Shown here: one piece after another, positions 49,488 to 60,342 of the stretch
Layout: each line of letters opens with the position of its first letter
Position numbering within the stretch: position 1 is the stretch's first letter
DNA from: a virus
Lineage: Duplodnaviria > Heunggongvirae > Uroviricota > Caudoviricetes
Strand: one strand, 5' to 3'
Virus record (IMG/VR): IMGVR_UViG_3300008267_008434
DNA length: 64,000 nt
Made by a program: the position numbers and the translations under genes
Notes under the pieces: model-generated
Databases searched by the model: none
The model's input: the letters and a program-made list of their open reading frames with translations, nothing else
What the model was told of the DNA's origin: nothing

Positions 49488-50396
49488 GTGGCAACAGGTA
49501 GTTACGGAACAATTAGACCGGCAGATGTTAGTCCTGATGATGTAGACATCATTTTGAATTACACTCCAAGTAGAGACGATACTGATAATTTCGTTTTAAC
49601 AAAATTGGATGCAAAAACAATATTACGACCTTATTTTAATAATAACAATACTGGTGGTAATGCGGATGTTGAGATTTTAGGTGGATTATACAACTTAAAA
49701 CTTCCTGCGGATGTATTCAATAAATTAGGGATATATACATTATATATTAGACCGGCAGAGATAAGAACTAGAATTACAGATTGTGGTATTTTATCGGCAT
49801 TACCAAATGTTAAAGGGATTGTTATTGATGTTAATAATGTCCCAACACAATTTAGGAATAATTTTATTAATCAAGGTTTAATTGGATTTAGAGTTGAATA
49901 TTTAAATTCTGATGGAACAAAGATACCGAACTTTTTTAGGATGATAACCTCATCTTTTTATTGTGAGCCAGTAATACAAAATCTTACAAATACATCACAA
50001 AAATCAATTAGATATAGATATACTGAAGGAACAACTAATTTAATTTTTTGTACGCTTTCACCATCATCATCACCAACTAATAAACCAAACGCAACACCAT
50101 TCATTGGACAACCAAATCAAGATATTGTTATTAGTAATACATATTTTAATCCGGTAACCACTGAAATTGAGATTGTTGAGCACGATATATCAACATTGGC
50201 ACTTGCTCTTTATGGGAATCAAACTAAGTCAATTGATGATGGTATTTACACTATTTACGACAGTGAAAATAATATATACAAACAATACAACTTATACGAA
50301 ATTAGAGATCAGTTTAATGAACTTCTTTATGAAGTTAGACAAGACAGAGGTAATAATATTGATTTTACTAAAAACTTTACAAATATAACAGGATAA
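49488..50396 (+). CDS. putative baseplate protein
   Basis: GTG start, TATTTATA upstream, coupled to the next gene by TAATG. Confidence 0.55.
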   Translation: MATGSYGTIRPADVSPDDVDIILNYTPSRDDTDNFVLTKLDAKTILRPYFNNNNTGGNADVEILGGLYNLKLPADVFNKLGIYTLYIRPAEIRTRITDCGILSALPNVKGIVIDVNNVPTQFRNNFINQGLIGFRVEYLNSDGTKIPNFFRMITSSFYCEPVIQNLTNTSQKSIRYRYTEGTTNLIFCTLSPSSSPTNKPNATPFIGQPNQDIVISNTYFNPVTTEIEIVEHDISTLALALYGNQTKSIDDGIYTIYDSENNIYKQYNLYEIRDQFNELLYEVRQDRGNNIDFTKNFTNITG

Positions 50397-53300
50397 TGGC
50401 AATTATTAAGTATACTTGCCCACCACAGGCTAGCGGAGAAGGAAGTTTTTCTGACAATCTTGTCGGATTTCAATTAGTTGACGGTGGAGGTTTTACTCAA
50501 GCAAATTTTGAGTTCACTACCAATGTGACCGAAAAAGTTAATAGAAATTTCTCAATTGGATCATTTTCCGATCCAATTTCTTTGGAATCAATGAATATTA
50601 CCGATATTGAACAATCAAAATTATTGGTAAATAAAAATTTTCAAGTATACCCAAATTATGATTTAAGTGAAATTACTAATTTTACAATTTATGGTTCTTT
50701 GGCTAAAAGATTTTCAGTATCCATAACTAAAATTATTAATTACTTTCCTGCGGCGTTAGAGATATTTTCATCAACAACAAGATTTGTAACAGGACAAACA
50801 GTTACAACCTCATCGTATGATGTTATTGAAAATGAGACATATTTTGAAATTCCATTATATCTTATTCGTAATCCGTTTGACATTGATTTTAGTATTAATG
50901 CAACAAGAAACTTACAATTAAGAGAGATTACAGTATCTCCATTGAGAAATTTAACGGTGGAATACTCAAAATATACGGTTATTATTGATGGGGTAAATTA
51001 CCCAATTAATACAGTAGTACCAACAACAGACACAGATACAACATTAAAATTGTATATTGAAGGAAACCCGTTTAATGGACAATCCGAGATTTTTAAAACA
51101 ATAATAATAAGACCAACAGACTTCTATGTTAACAAAGTCTTCAATGAGGAGTTTGATCAAGTTGAAAACTTTTTATTAAATAGAGAAATTTCACCAAAAT
51201 ATAGTGCTTATTTTAATAAACCAATTGAAAATGATGATGGTACTTATACTATCACTCAAGAAGTTGTAATTTTCCCATTAAGTGGTATTTGGAATTTAAG
51301 TATTAGTGGTAATGATTTTAATAGTTATCTATTAAAATTAAGTAGTGTTGCGGAAAATTTAGATGAATATAGAACAAATTTAATTTCTAGATTTTTAACT
51401 ACAGGTGCGATAAAAGAATTTGATACATCGGATCAAAAAGTAGAAAAAATATTACAAATATATGGTAGAAGTTTTGATGAAACAAAAAAATTCATAGGTG
51501 CTTTAGCGTATATGAATTCAGTTCATTATACCGTTAAAAATGATATCCCATCACAACTTTTAAAAAATTTAGCACAAACTTTAGGGTGGAAAGATAATAT
51601 TTCACCAATCACTAACGAACAATTATTAGATTCTGTATTCTCAAGTGGGGAAAATACATTTACAGGACTTTCTAAAGGACAAACTCCTGAAGAAATTAAT
51701 TATCAATATTATAGAAATTTAATATTAAATTCCGCATATCTATTTAAGTCAAAAGGAACAAGAAAATCAATTGAAATGTTGTTGAGATTGATTGGTGCTC
51801 CTGATGCCATTACCGAATTTAATGAATATGTGTATGTTGCTGATCAGAGAATAAATTTAACTCAATTTGGGGAACAATATACTCAAATATCGGGAGGTAC
51901 ATATGTACAGGATATACCTGTATTGGATACTACCGACATATATTCAATTATGGGTGTTCAGTATACGGGATTCACAACAAATACTGTAACTCAAGATATT
52001 ACAGTAACCAAAGTTGATTACCCTATAGATAGTTTTGGTTATCCAAGTATGCCTGTAGACAGTGATAATTTCTTCTTCCAAATTGGGGGAGGATGGATAG
52101 AATCTACACCACAACATAGAATGCCGGCACAAGTTGATTTGACGACTAGTGTATTTACAGGTGCAAACCCAAATTATCAAACAACTTTACAACCATTCAA
52201 TTACGGGGAAGAATATTTACAGAGATTTAAACAATTTCCATATATGGATTTAGGTTTTAAATTACGAAAAACTGCGGATAATAAAAAAAGTTGGGTGGTA
52301 AATAATGAAATTATTAGGAGAAGTACTGATGGTGGATTTACAGCTTATTACCCTACTGATGATGATAGATTAGTGTTGAATGTTAAAAATATTGACATTT
52401 TTATGAATCCAGCTCAGGGACTTGTTTACGATGTTTGGAATATGTCACGACAATATAATTACCCAATACCTGAAGAAGGATTGAATTATATTGCACCAAC
52501 ATACTGTAACCCAAATCCTAACACACCATACCCACAAAGAGGGGGAATAGATTGGACTGAAATTATACCAAAACCAAAACAAAAAACATTTTTTGAATTT
52601 GCTCAAAGTTTTTGGCATAACACAATTAATGTTAGAAATAGACAATTTATTACTGATGGAAAGACGGGAGGTTATCCGACACTTCAGTCAATTTATTGGA
52701 AATATCTTGAATCACTAGAATTGGCGGGAATTAAAAACGACAATTTTACTTATCAGACAATGATAGATTATGTAAATGGTATTGGGGATTATTGGATTAG
52801 ATTAATTGAACAAATGGTTCCGGCAACAACAATATGGAATGCCGGTACAAAGTACGAAAATTCAATATTCCACAGGCAAAAATATGTGTGGAGAAGACAG
52901 ATGGGTTGTCAATTAGTACTTGTACCTTGTAACCCATGTACATTAGTGGGGCAATTATTTACCTACGATTGTCCAATCCAAACGGTAAGTTGTTCAGTGT
53001 ATCCTTGGGATACAAATCCTTATATTAATTCATTTGGTAATGTTCTTGGTGATATGTTAAATGGTTATCTATCATCAAACGGTTTAACATTTGGTGATTG
53101 TGATATGAATACGTTACAAACTACTTGGTATGTGAATGTTAAATTTAATGGAAATGATATTATTAACTACCCATTCTTCAATGGGGTTGGATATAATAAC
53201 CCATTATCTGTACCAAGCGGACAAACTTGGGTTGATGCAATACAAACAAGTTTTGTTGATTTACAAACATATGGGTTAAGTTATTATTTAAATGATGATG

Positions 53301-53401
53301 AAACAAGTTTTACTGTATTTAATAGTACTTGTATCCCATTAAGCGTAGTTCAAAGTTTTGAACTTAATGTTGGAATAAATTTTAATTTACTATGTAACTA
53401 A
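50396..53401 (+). CDS. baseplate wedge protein (gp7 / P2 gpI-like domain)
   Basis: 'LLKNLAQTLGW...YYRNLILNSAYLFKSKGTRKSIEMLLRLIG' is the tail-I/gp7 motif. Confidence 0.7.
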   Translation: MAIIKYTCPPQASGEGSFSDNLVGFQLVDGGGFTQANFEFTTNVTEKVNRNFSIGSFSDPISLESMNITDIEQSKLLVNKNFQVYPNYDLSEITNFTIYGSLAKRFSVSITKIINYFPAALEIFSSTTRFVTGQTVTTSSYDVIENETYFEIPLYLIRNPFDIDFSINATRNLQLREITVSPLRNLTVEYSKYTVIIDGVNYPINTVVPTTDTDTTLKLYIEGNPFNGQSEIFKTIIIRPTDFYVNKVFNEEFDQVENFLLNREISPKYSAYFNKPIENDDGTYTITQEVVIFPLSGIWNLSISGNDFNSYLLKLSSVAENLDEYRTNLISRFLTTGAIKEFDTSDQKVEKILQIYGRSFDETKKFIGALAYMNSVHYTVKNDIPSQLLKNLAQTLGWKDNISPITNEQLLDSVFSSGENTFTGLSKGQTPEEINYQYYRNLILNSAYLFKSKGTRKSIEMLLRLIGAPDAITEFNEYVYVADQRINLTQFGEQYTQISGGTYVQDIPVLDTTDIYSIMGVQYTGFTTNTVTQDITVTKVDYPIDSFGYPSMPVDSDNFFFQIGGGWIESTPQHRMPAQVDLTTSVFTGANPNYQTTLQPFNYGEEYLQRFKQFPYMDLGFKLRKTADNKKSWVVNNEIIRRSTDGGFTAYYPTDDDRLVLNVKNIDIFMNPAQGLVYDVWNMSRQYNYPIPEEGLNYIAPTYCNPNPNTPYPQRGGIDWTEIIPKPKQKTFFEFAQSFWHNTINVRNRQFITDGKTGGYPTLQSIYWKYLESLELAGIKNDNFTYQTMIDYVNGIGDYWIRLIEQMVPATTIWNAGTKYENSIFHRQKYVWRRQMGCQLVLVPCNPCTLVGQLFTYDCPIQTVSCSVYPWDTNPYINSFGNVLGDMLNGYLSSNGLTFGDCDMNTLQTTWYVNVKFNGNDIINYPFFNGVGYNNPLSVPSGQTWVDAIQTSFVDLQTYGLSYYLNDDETSFTVFNSTCIPLSVVQSFELNVGINFNLLCN

Positions 53402-55662
53402 TGAGTTGTGGTTTACCATATGTGTATAATTATTTTGTAAGCGGAGATTGCTCTAATATAGGTGCTGGAGTAGTATCATTTGATATTACAGGAAGTACCG
53501 CTCCTCCATATTCTGTAATGGAATTAACCACATCAGGTTTGTTACCGACTTCTGCGTCTACTACTTCATATTATTTTAGTGGTTTAACTGGTGGTTCATA
53601 TAGTTTGGAAATTACGGATTCTTGTTTAAGTCCAGGACCTTCATCCGCAATAATAAATTTTAATATATCTACAGGTAGTTGTTTATCAATATCGTCAACA
53701 ACAAATACAACTTGTGGTAATAATAACGGATCTTTAACCTCAACATTCTCAGTTGATTATGGGGGTGGAGAAGTTTTTCTATATGAAACAACAAATGGGT
53801 ATCAATCAAGTGGTGCAACAACCCTTGGTAGTTATACTTTTAATTCATTATCAGGTGGTACATATTATGTTATCGGAAATGATGGAGGTGGATGTACTGG
53901 GAAAAGTGAAAGTTGTATTGTAAAATCCTCAACAACGGTTGATTTTGGTGTTTATGTTATAAATGATGGTAGTTGTGTTGCACTTGATGGAAGTGGGAAG
54001 ATAATTGTTACAGGACAGACGGGAACATCACCATATACATATAGTTGGAGTAGTAATGCGAATGGACAAACAGGTTCTACAGTTACAGGATTAACGAGCG
54101 GTGTTTATAGTGTGACTATGACGGATTCGTTAGGATGTTCAAAAACACTAACAAATATTACGGTGAACCAAGTGTTACCTGTTGGTATTGTTAATTTTAC
54201 TATTGTGTCACCAAGTTGTTTCTCAAATGACGGGGAGGTTACAGTCCAACTTACAGGAGGGACATCACCTTTCTATTATTCAGGATCAAATGGTAGTGTC
54301 GCAATTTCATTCTCAGATAGTTATACATTTACGGGGTTATCTTCAGGTGATTTTACTGTTAATGTTACCGATGCTGGATTATGTACTAGCTCACAAACAA
54401 CAACATTATTAACACCTAACGGATTCTCAATTCTTAATCTTAGTACGGTTAATTCAAATTGTAATAATAGTGACGGACAAATTTTTATTGAATTAAATGG
54501 TGGTTCTAATGTTGGTACATATGTTTACACTTTAATAAATTCTTTAGGTAATACTGTATCTACATCAACTGAAGGTAATAATTATCATTCGCCACCATTA
54601 TCATCGGATACATATACTATTTTGATTAGTGGAGGTTCTTGTGTATTTACCGCAACAACAATAATAAATAATACTAATTTATATACAATTACCGCAAATA
54701 CCACAGGTACAACTTGTGGTTTTAATAATGGGACAATACAGATTTTAGCGTCAAGTGGGGGTACACTACCATATACCTATCAAATCACCGGATTTCCACC
54801 TGGACCCGTATCAACATTTAGTAATTTATCTCCAGGATTTTATGATGTAACTGTAACGGATTCAGGAGGTTGTCAACAAATTGAAACGGTATATATTACA
54901 GGATCGTCTCCAGTGTATTTTGATTTTTTTGCTACACAACCTATAAGTGGGAATGATGGAGAACTTGATGTATTAATAACAAGTGGGGAGCCACCGTTTA
55001 TTTTAAATTGGAGTTCTAATGTTAATGGACAAACAGGAACTACCGTGACTGGTTTAACTGCGGGAACATATTCATTAGAGGTAATTGATGATAATGGATG
55101 TGCATTAATTAAAACGATTGAATTATTTGGAACAGTACTATATAGTAGTTATCAAACATATAGAGTATGTTCTAATAATTTCCAAAATAGTGGTACTCTT
55201 GGTAGAAGAGGTATACAACAAATGTTAAATGAAGGTTTCTTTGATTTAACATCGGGAGATACTAATTGTATATTAAATTCTGCTATTTTTACGCTTGATG
55301 TGACAGTAAATGGTGTTAATTCTCAAACCGTATTTTATACATCAACAGGACTTGATGATTACCCAACAGATGAGGAATGGGTTAATGAAATTAAAACTTC
55401 TTTATATGGTTTTTCGGGAATTACTTCGGTTGAAACCAATATTGAAACTAATAAAATAATAATTAAGAGTGGTTGTTTAACTGGAGGCACAACTTGTCAA
55501 CCTACGGTAACAACACAATTGGATGACACAAGAGTAATAATTAATTTGTTAATAGATTATGACATATCTTGTGTGGAATGTGGAGTATATCAAAAAGTTT
55601 TCCAAGACGACTTTGAGTTTGTATTCCAAGATGATAATAGTTATATATTCCAAGGACAGTAA
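53401..55662 (+). CDS. SprB-repeat-containing fibre/adhesin-like protein
   Basis: Repeats such as 'GGTSPFYYS', 'GQTGSTVTGLTSGVYSVTMTDSLGC' and 'TGLTAGTYSLEVIDDNGC'. Confidence 0.75.
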   Translation: MSCGLPYVYNYFVSGDCSNIGAGVVSFDITGSTAPPYSVMELTTSGLLPTSASTTSYYFSGLTGGSYSLEITDSCLSPGPSSAIINFNISTGSCLSISSTTNTTCGNNNGSLTSTFSVDYGGGEVFLYETTNGYQSSGATTLGSYTFNSLSGGTYYVIGNDGGGCTGKSESCIVKSSTTVDFGVYVINDGSCVALDGSGKIIVTGQTGTSPYTYSWSSNANGQTGSTVTGLTSGVYSVTMTDSLGCSKTLTNITVNQVLPVGIVNFTIVSPSCFSNDGEVTVQLTGGTSPFYYSGSNGSVAISFSDSYTFTGLSSGDFTVNVTDAGLCTSSQTTTLLTPNGFSILNLSTVNSNCNNSDGQIFIELNGGSNVGTYVYTLINSLGNTVSTSTEGNNYHSPPLSSDTYTILISGGSCVFTATTIINNTNLYTITANTTGTTCGFNNGTIQILASSGGTLPYTYQITGFPPGPVSTFSNLSPGFYDVTVTDSGGCQQIETVYITGSSPVYFDFFATQPISGNDGELDVLITSGEPPFILNWSSNVNGQTGTTVTGLTAGTYSLEVIDDNGCALIKTIELFGTVLYSSYQTYRVCSNNFQNSGTLGRRGIQQMLNEGFFDLTSGDTNCILNSAIFTLDVTVNGVNSQTVFYTSTGLDDYPTDEEWVNEIKTSLYGFSGITSVETNIETNKIIIKSGCLTGGTTCQPTVTTQLDDTRVIINLLIDYDISCVECGVYQKVFQDDFEFVFQDDNSYIFQGQ

Positions 55663-55964
55663 TGACACAATTGGTGATAAGTAATGTTACAGGATTAACA
55701 ATACCATATCAAATATATGTTTGTGATGTTTATGGTAATAATTGTACAATAGTTGCAACTGTAAATACTGTAATTCCACCAATGGTTACAATTACATTAC
55801 CATCACAATTTAATATGTCACCAGCAATAGGAGTATTAGTAAAAGATTTATATTGTGAAAGATTTATTGTTTTAAATTGCGTTAATTTACCACCTGTAGG
55901 AAAACAATTCCAAGACGGAGATTACTTCTTCTTTATGGATTATAGCATTTATCAGTTCCAATAA
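55662..55964 (+). CDS. small structural protein with a C-terminal FQD motif
   Basis: TAATG-coupled; 'YVCDVYGNNC' and C-terminal 'KQFQDGDYFFFMDYSIYQFQ'. Confidence 0.6.
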   Translation: MTQLVISNVTGLTIPYQIYVCDVYGNNCTIVATVNTVIPPMVTITLPSQFNMSPAIGVLVKDLYCERFIVLNCVNLPPVGKQFQDGDYFFFMDYSIYQFQ

Positions 55965-55998
55965 TGAATTAAAGTGTATTTATATATAAAAAAGAATA

Positions 55999-58900
55999 AT
56001 GGCATTTTTAACGGATCAAATACCAGCAACCGGGGTTAATTTAACTGATTTATTTCACATAGTGGATCCTAATGATTTATCACAAGGTAATCCTGCTGGA
56101 TCATCATATAAAGCGTGTTTTCAGCAAGTACTTGGAGCATTAACGGGTGGAACATCTGTTATGATAGTTGGTTCTGGAATTGGTTCGGTTGAAAGATGTG
56201 GTAATAATAATGATGCAAGTGGGAACTACTCCACTGTAAGTGGTGGTAGAGTAAATACATCAAGTTGTAATTGGTCAACTGTAAGTGGGGGGTATTGTAA
56301 CACATCAAGTGGGTGTTATTCGACAGTAGGTGGCGGACAACAAAATGGTTCAACATCTAATAATTCAACTGTAAGTGGCGGGTATTGTAATACAATCTTA
56401 ACAGGAGCAACAAACTCAACTATAGGTGGAGGGAACTCCAATACAATACTAATAGGATCAACTTTAACAACGATTGGTGGTGGTGGTTTGAATACATCAA
56501 GCGGTTCTAGATCAACCGTAAGTGGTGGTGTTGGTAACACATCAAGTGGTGGTGGATCAACAGTTGGTGGTGGTCAAAGTAACGAATCAAATGGGGCTAA
56601 CTCAACCGTAAGTGGAGGTTATTATAATACATCAAGTGGTGACTGGTCAACAATTGGCGGTGGTAGTGGGAATACATCAAGTAATTATTTTTCAACAATT
56701 GGCGGTGGTAGAAGTAACACATCAAGTGGGTGTTACTCAACCGTTGGTGGTGGTAAATGTAACACATCATCAGGTACTTATTACTCAACTATAAGTGGAG
56801 GATATCGTAATACATCAATTGGTAGTGAATCAACCATAGGTGGGGGGCGTTTTAATACCTCAAGCGGTTACTATTCAACTATAAGTGGAGGACGTTGTAA
56901 CTCATCAATTGGTGCGGATTCAACCATAAGTGGTGGTCTTAGTAACAAAACAAATAGTGACACATCAACCATAGGTGGTGGGTGTAATAATACAATATTA
57001 ACTGGTTCAACAAGTTCATCAATTGGTGGTGGTGAATGTAATACAATCTTAACAGGATCAACAAGTTCATCAATTGGTGGTGGTGAATGTAATACAATCT
57101 TAACAGGATCAACACATTCAACAATTGGAGGGGGTGTGAGTAATACTTCAAGCGATTATTATTCAACCGTAGGTGGTGGTGCAAACAACACTTCAAGTGG
57201 AGGTAGATCAACCATAAGTGGGGGAGCAAGTAGTACATCAAGTGGATATTATTCAACCGTAGGTGGTGGTAGATGTAATAGATCGTTAGGGGATTCTACA
57301 ACCGTAGGTGGTGGTCAATTTAATAGGGCGTGTGGTCAAATATCAACAATAAGTGGGGGGCGAGCAAATATTTCGTGTGGAACATATAGTTCAGTCGGTG
57401 GTGGAAACGCTAATACGTCAAGTAGTTATGCATCAACTGTTGGAGGTGGATTCAGTAACACATCTTATGGTGTGTGTTCAACAGTAAGTGGTGGTCGTCA
57501 AAATACATCGGTTGGTGATACCTCAACGGTAAGTGGGGGTATAGGTAATACATCATTAGGAGCGTGCTCAGTAATTGGTGGGGGTGTTTGTAATACAAAT
57601 ATGTCTACGGGTGGTTTTATAGGATCAGGTTGTGGAAATACTTCGTGTGATGTTTATAGTTTAGTAGTTGGAGGTTATTTTAATAAAGTTAACGGTAAAG
57701 CTTCAACAGTTAGTGGAGGTTATTGTAATACAATATTAGCTGGAGCAACAAGTTCAACCATTGGTGGTGGACAACAAAATACAATATTAGCATCAGCAGC
57801 AAACTCAACCATTGGTGGAGGTAGTGGTAACACAATAAGTAGTTTTTCATCAGTCGTAGTAGGTGGATGTTTAAACACGTCAAGTGGGGGATACTCATTT
57901 ATCGGTGGTGGTAGAAGAAATGTGTCAATCGGTTTTATATCAACCGTAAGTGGAGGTTATTGTAACACATCAATCGGAGATTGCTCAACCGTAGGTGGTG
58001 GTAGAGGTAACACATCAAGTGGGTGTTATTCAACCGTTGGTGGGGGAACGCAAAATAAAAGTAATGGTGTAGTATCAACAATAAGTGGGGGTAGAACTAA
58101 TACCGCATCAAATTATTTTACATTTATTGGTGGAGGTAGAGGTAACACATCAAGTGGGTGTTATTCGACAATAGGTGGTGGATGTTTGAATCGATCTTTA
58201 GGTGTTGGATCAACAATAGGTGGTGGATTGCAAAATATAACAAGTGGTAATTGTTCGTCAATATTAGGAGGAATTAGTAATACATCAAATTGTAATGGAT
58301 CAACCGTAGGTGGTGGTTGTCGTAATACTGCATCAAATTATTTTTCGTTTGTTGGTGGAGGACTACAAAATACAAATAATGGTGTTTGGGGTACCTTATC
58401 TGGAGGTATATGTAATAGACTTATAGGTAACGGAGCATCAATTGGTGGTGGTTCTAACAATACTGCTTGTGGAGATTATTCGGTAATAAGTGGTGGAATA
58501 TCGGGAACTACAACGGCAAGTAATAATTTCATTGGTGGAGGAAGTAATAACACAACAACAGGAAACTACTCCTCAATTTTAGGTGGAGTATTTAACACCT
58601 CAATAGGAAATTATTCTTCAATTTTAGGAGGTTCAGGAAATACCGTAACACATAATTGTTCATCGGCTTTTGGTGTTGGTATTACATCGGTTTCAGCGTG
58701 TACATTCCATACAAATTATTTAACATTACAAAATACACCAGATACTGATCCGTCAAATACAAATTTCTTGGTGAGAGATACATCAACAGGTGTCGTTAAA
58801 TCAAGAGATATTTCATTACCGTTGAATTATGCGACCTCCGCAATAACATCATCACAAACATTAACTTGGGATAAAAGTTATTGGGGGGTTAGTGGTTCAT

Positions 58901-59106
58901 CAAATGTTGATTTAACATTACCGACAACAACATCGAAAGATGGTTATTATTTATTGATAAAAGATGAAGCAGGAACTTCTGGTTCATACAGAATAAGATT
59001 AACGCCAGCATCAGGATTGATTGATGGTAATTCATATGTTGATATGAATATAAACTATATGTCTCTTACTGTTATGGTGAGAAACGGAAATTGGTATATA
59101 ATATGA
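55999..59106 (+). CDS. tail fibre-like protein with ~50 Gly/Ser/Cys-rich 15-17-aa repeats (beta-roll-like)
   Basis: Repeat consensus ST(V/I)(S/G)GG..NTSSG.. over roughly residues 75-880; C-terminal 'TLPTT...IKDEAG...IDG...SLTV..NGNWYII' module. Confidence 0.7.
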   Translation: MAFLTDQIPATGVNLTDLFHIVDPNDLSQGNPAGSSYKACFQQVLGALTGGTSVMIVGSGIGSVERCGNNNDASGNYSTVSGGRVNTSSCNWSTVSGGYCNTSSGCYSTVGGGQQNGSTSNNSTVSGGYCNTILTGATNSTIGGGNSNTILIGSTLTTIGGGGLNTSSGSRSTVSGGVGNTSSGGGSTVGGGQSNESNGANSTVSGGYYNTSSGDWSTIGGGSGNTSSNYFSTIGGGRSNTSSGCYSTVGGGKCNTSSGTYYSTISGGYRNTSIGSESTIGGGRFNTSSGYYSTISGGRCNSSIGADSTISGGLSNKTNSDTSTIGGGCNNTILTGSTSSSIGGGECNTILTGSTSSSIGGGECNTILTGSTHSTIGGGVSNTSSDYYSTVGGGANNTSSGGRSTISGGASSTSSGYYSTVGGGRCNRSLGDSTTVGGGQFNRACGQISTISGGRANISCGTYSSVGGGNANTSSSYASTVGGGFSNTSYGVCSTVSGGRQNTSVGDTSTVSGGIGNTSLGACSVIGGGVCNTNMSTGGFIGSGCGNTSCDVYSLVVGGYFNKVNGKASTVSGGYCNTILAGATSSTIGGGQQNTILASAANSTIGGGSGNTISSFSSVVVGGCLNTSSGGYSFIGGGRRNVSIGFISTVSGGYCNTSIGDCSTVGGGRGNTSSGCYSTVGGGTQNKSNGVVSTISGGRTNTASNYFTFIGGGRGNTSSGCYSTIGGGCLNRSLGVGSTIGGGLQNITSGNCSSILGGISNTSNCNGSTVGGGCRNTASNYFSFVGGGLQNTNNGVWGTLSGGICNRLIGNGASIGGGSNNTACGDYSVISGGISGTTTASNNFIGGGSNNTTTGNYSSILGGVFNTSIGNYSSILGGSGNTVTHNCSSAFGVGITSVSACTFHTNYLTLQNTPDTDPSNTNFLVRDTSTGVVKSRDISLPLNYATSAITSSQTLTWDKSYWGVSGSSNVDLTLPTTTSKDGYYLLIKDEAGTSGSYRIRLTPASGLIDGNSYVDMNINYMSLTVMVRNGNWYII
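57007..57108 (+). repeat. exact 51-nt tandem duplication inside the fibre gene
   Basis: 57007-57057 is identical to 57058-57108 (STSSSIGGGECNTILTG twice). Confidence 0.9.
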
Positions 59107-60323
59107 GTTTTATTTTTAATAATCAAGTATCTTATAGTGACAGTGCAAATTTAGATGCATTTGGTAGGTTAAGAACTGCCGCAGTCCAAAATTTATTGGA
59201 CATTAAACACGTATACGATAAAAATCCATTACAAGTAAATGAGGTTACCGCAGGAACTGCAACGTCAATTTTTAATCAACAATTTGCGAGAGTTAGAATG
59301 TCAACTGCGGCAAATAATGATTTAGTTATAAGACAATCAAAAACACACCCTATTTACCAACCAGGAAAAAGTCAATTATTCCAAGCAAGTTTCTCAAATT
59401 TTCAGTTAGAAACAAATGTCATAAAAAGGGTGGGAGGATTCACCTCAACAACGGCATCTACATATAATTCGGTTTTTGATGGGTTCTTTTTAGAAAGTAA
59501 TGGGGTAACAAACGAAATAAGTTTTCAAATATGGAGATCGGGAACTACGGTTTATAGTGCGGCAACAACCGTATGGAACACTAATGAATTTAACCCAATA
59601 GGTTTAGATTGGTCTAACACTAATTTAATGTCAGTTGATTATCAATGGTTAGGTGTTGGTAGAATGAGATTTGGTTTGGATTTAGATGGAATATTAATTT
59701 ATTTTACCGAACATAATTGTGCTAATAACGAACCAAATGTTTATATGTCATCACCAAATCAACCAATAAGGTATGAAATAAGACAAGTTGGTGTTGGTTC
59801 AGGAAGTTTTGATATGATATGTTCACAAGTATCAACCGAAGGAGCATTAAACGGACTATATTCCACTGTAGGAGTTATAAACTCAACCACTGCAGATTTA
59901 AATTCGTCAGGTACAAAATATCCATATATTGGTTATAGACTTAAACCAAGTTATAAATCAGTGACATCGCAATATAGTAGTTTGAGTATTTTAAATACCT
60001 CAAATGATAATTACTTAGTGACTATTGAATTTAATCCTACATTATCTGCAACTCCAAGTTGGACAGATATACCAAATTCACCATTTCAATATTCAATATA
60101 TAATGGGACTGTTACAACAACGATAACATCACCAGGTCACATTATGTCGTCTTTAATTGGTGAATCAGGATCATCAGCACTTTCAACAATTAAAGTGGAT
60201 GATAATCAAATTAGAGTTGGTTCTAATGTTGATGGAACACTTGATGAAATGTGGGTATGTATAACACCATTAAGTGCAAGTGCAACATTTTTGGGAACCG
60301 CAGAAGTATTATATTATTTATAA
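59103..60323 (+). CDS. virion protein with a probable beta-sandwich (lectin-like) domain
   Basis: 'DAFGRLRT', 'YQPGKSQL', 'DYQWLGVGRMRFG'; ATGA overlap with the fibre gene stop. Confidence 0.55.
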   Translation: MSFIFNNQVSYSDSANLDAFGRLRTAAVQNLLDIKHVYDKNPLQVNEVTAGTATSIFNQQFARVRMSTAANNDLVIRQSKTHPIYQPGKSQLFQASFSNFQLETNVIKRVGGFTSTTASTYNSVFDGFFLESNGVTNEISFQIWRSGTTVYSAATTVWNTNEFNPIGLDWSNTNLMSVDYQWLGVGRMRFGLDLDGILIYFTEHNCANNEPNVYMSSPNQPIRYEIRQVGVGSGSFDMICSQVSTEGALNGLYSTVGVINSTTADLNSSGTKYPYIGYRLKPSYKSVTSQYSSLSILNTSNDNYLVTIEFNPTLSATPSWTDIPNSPFQYSIYNGTVTTTITSPGHIMSSLIGESGSSALSTIKVDDNQIRVGSNVDGTLDEMWVCITPLSASATFLGTAEVLYYL

Positions 60324-60342
60324 AATAAAAATAGATTAAAAA

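Noticed and set aside
56220-58720. Repeat array as CRISPR or ice-nucleation protein
   Set aside because: The repeats are in-frame degenerate coding units with no spacers or cas genes. The period and motif differ from the 16-aa AGYGST repeat of ice nucleators.
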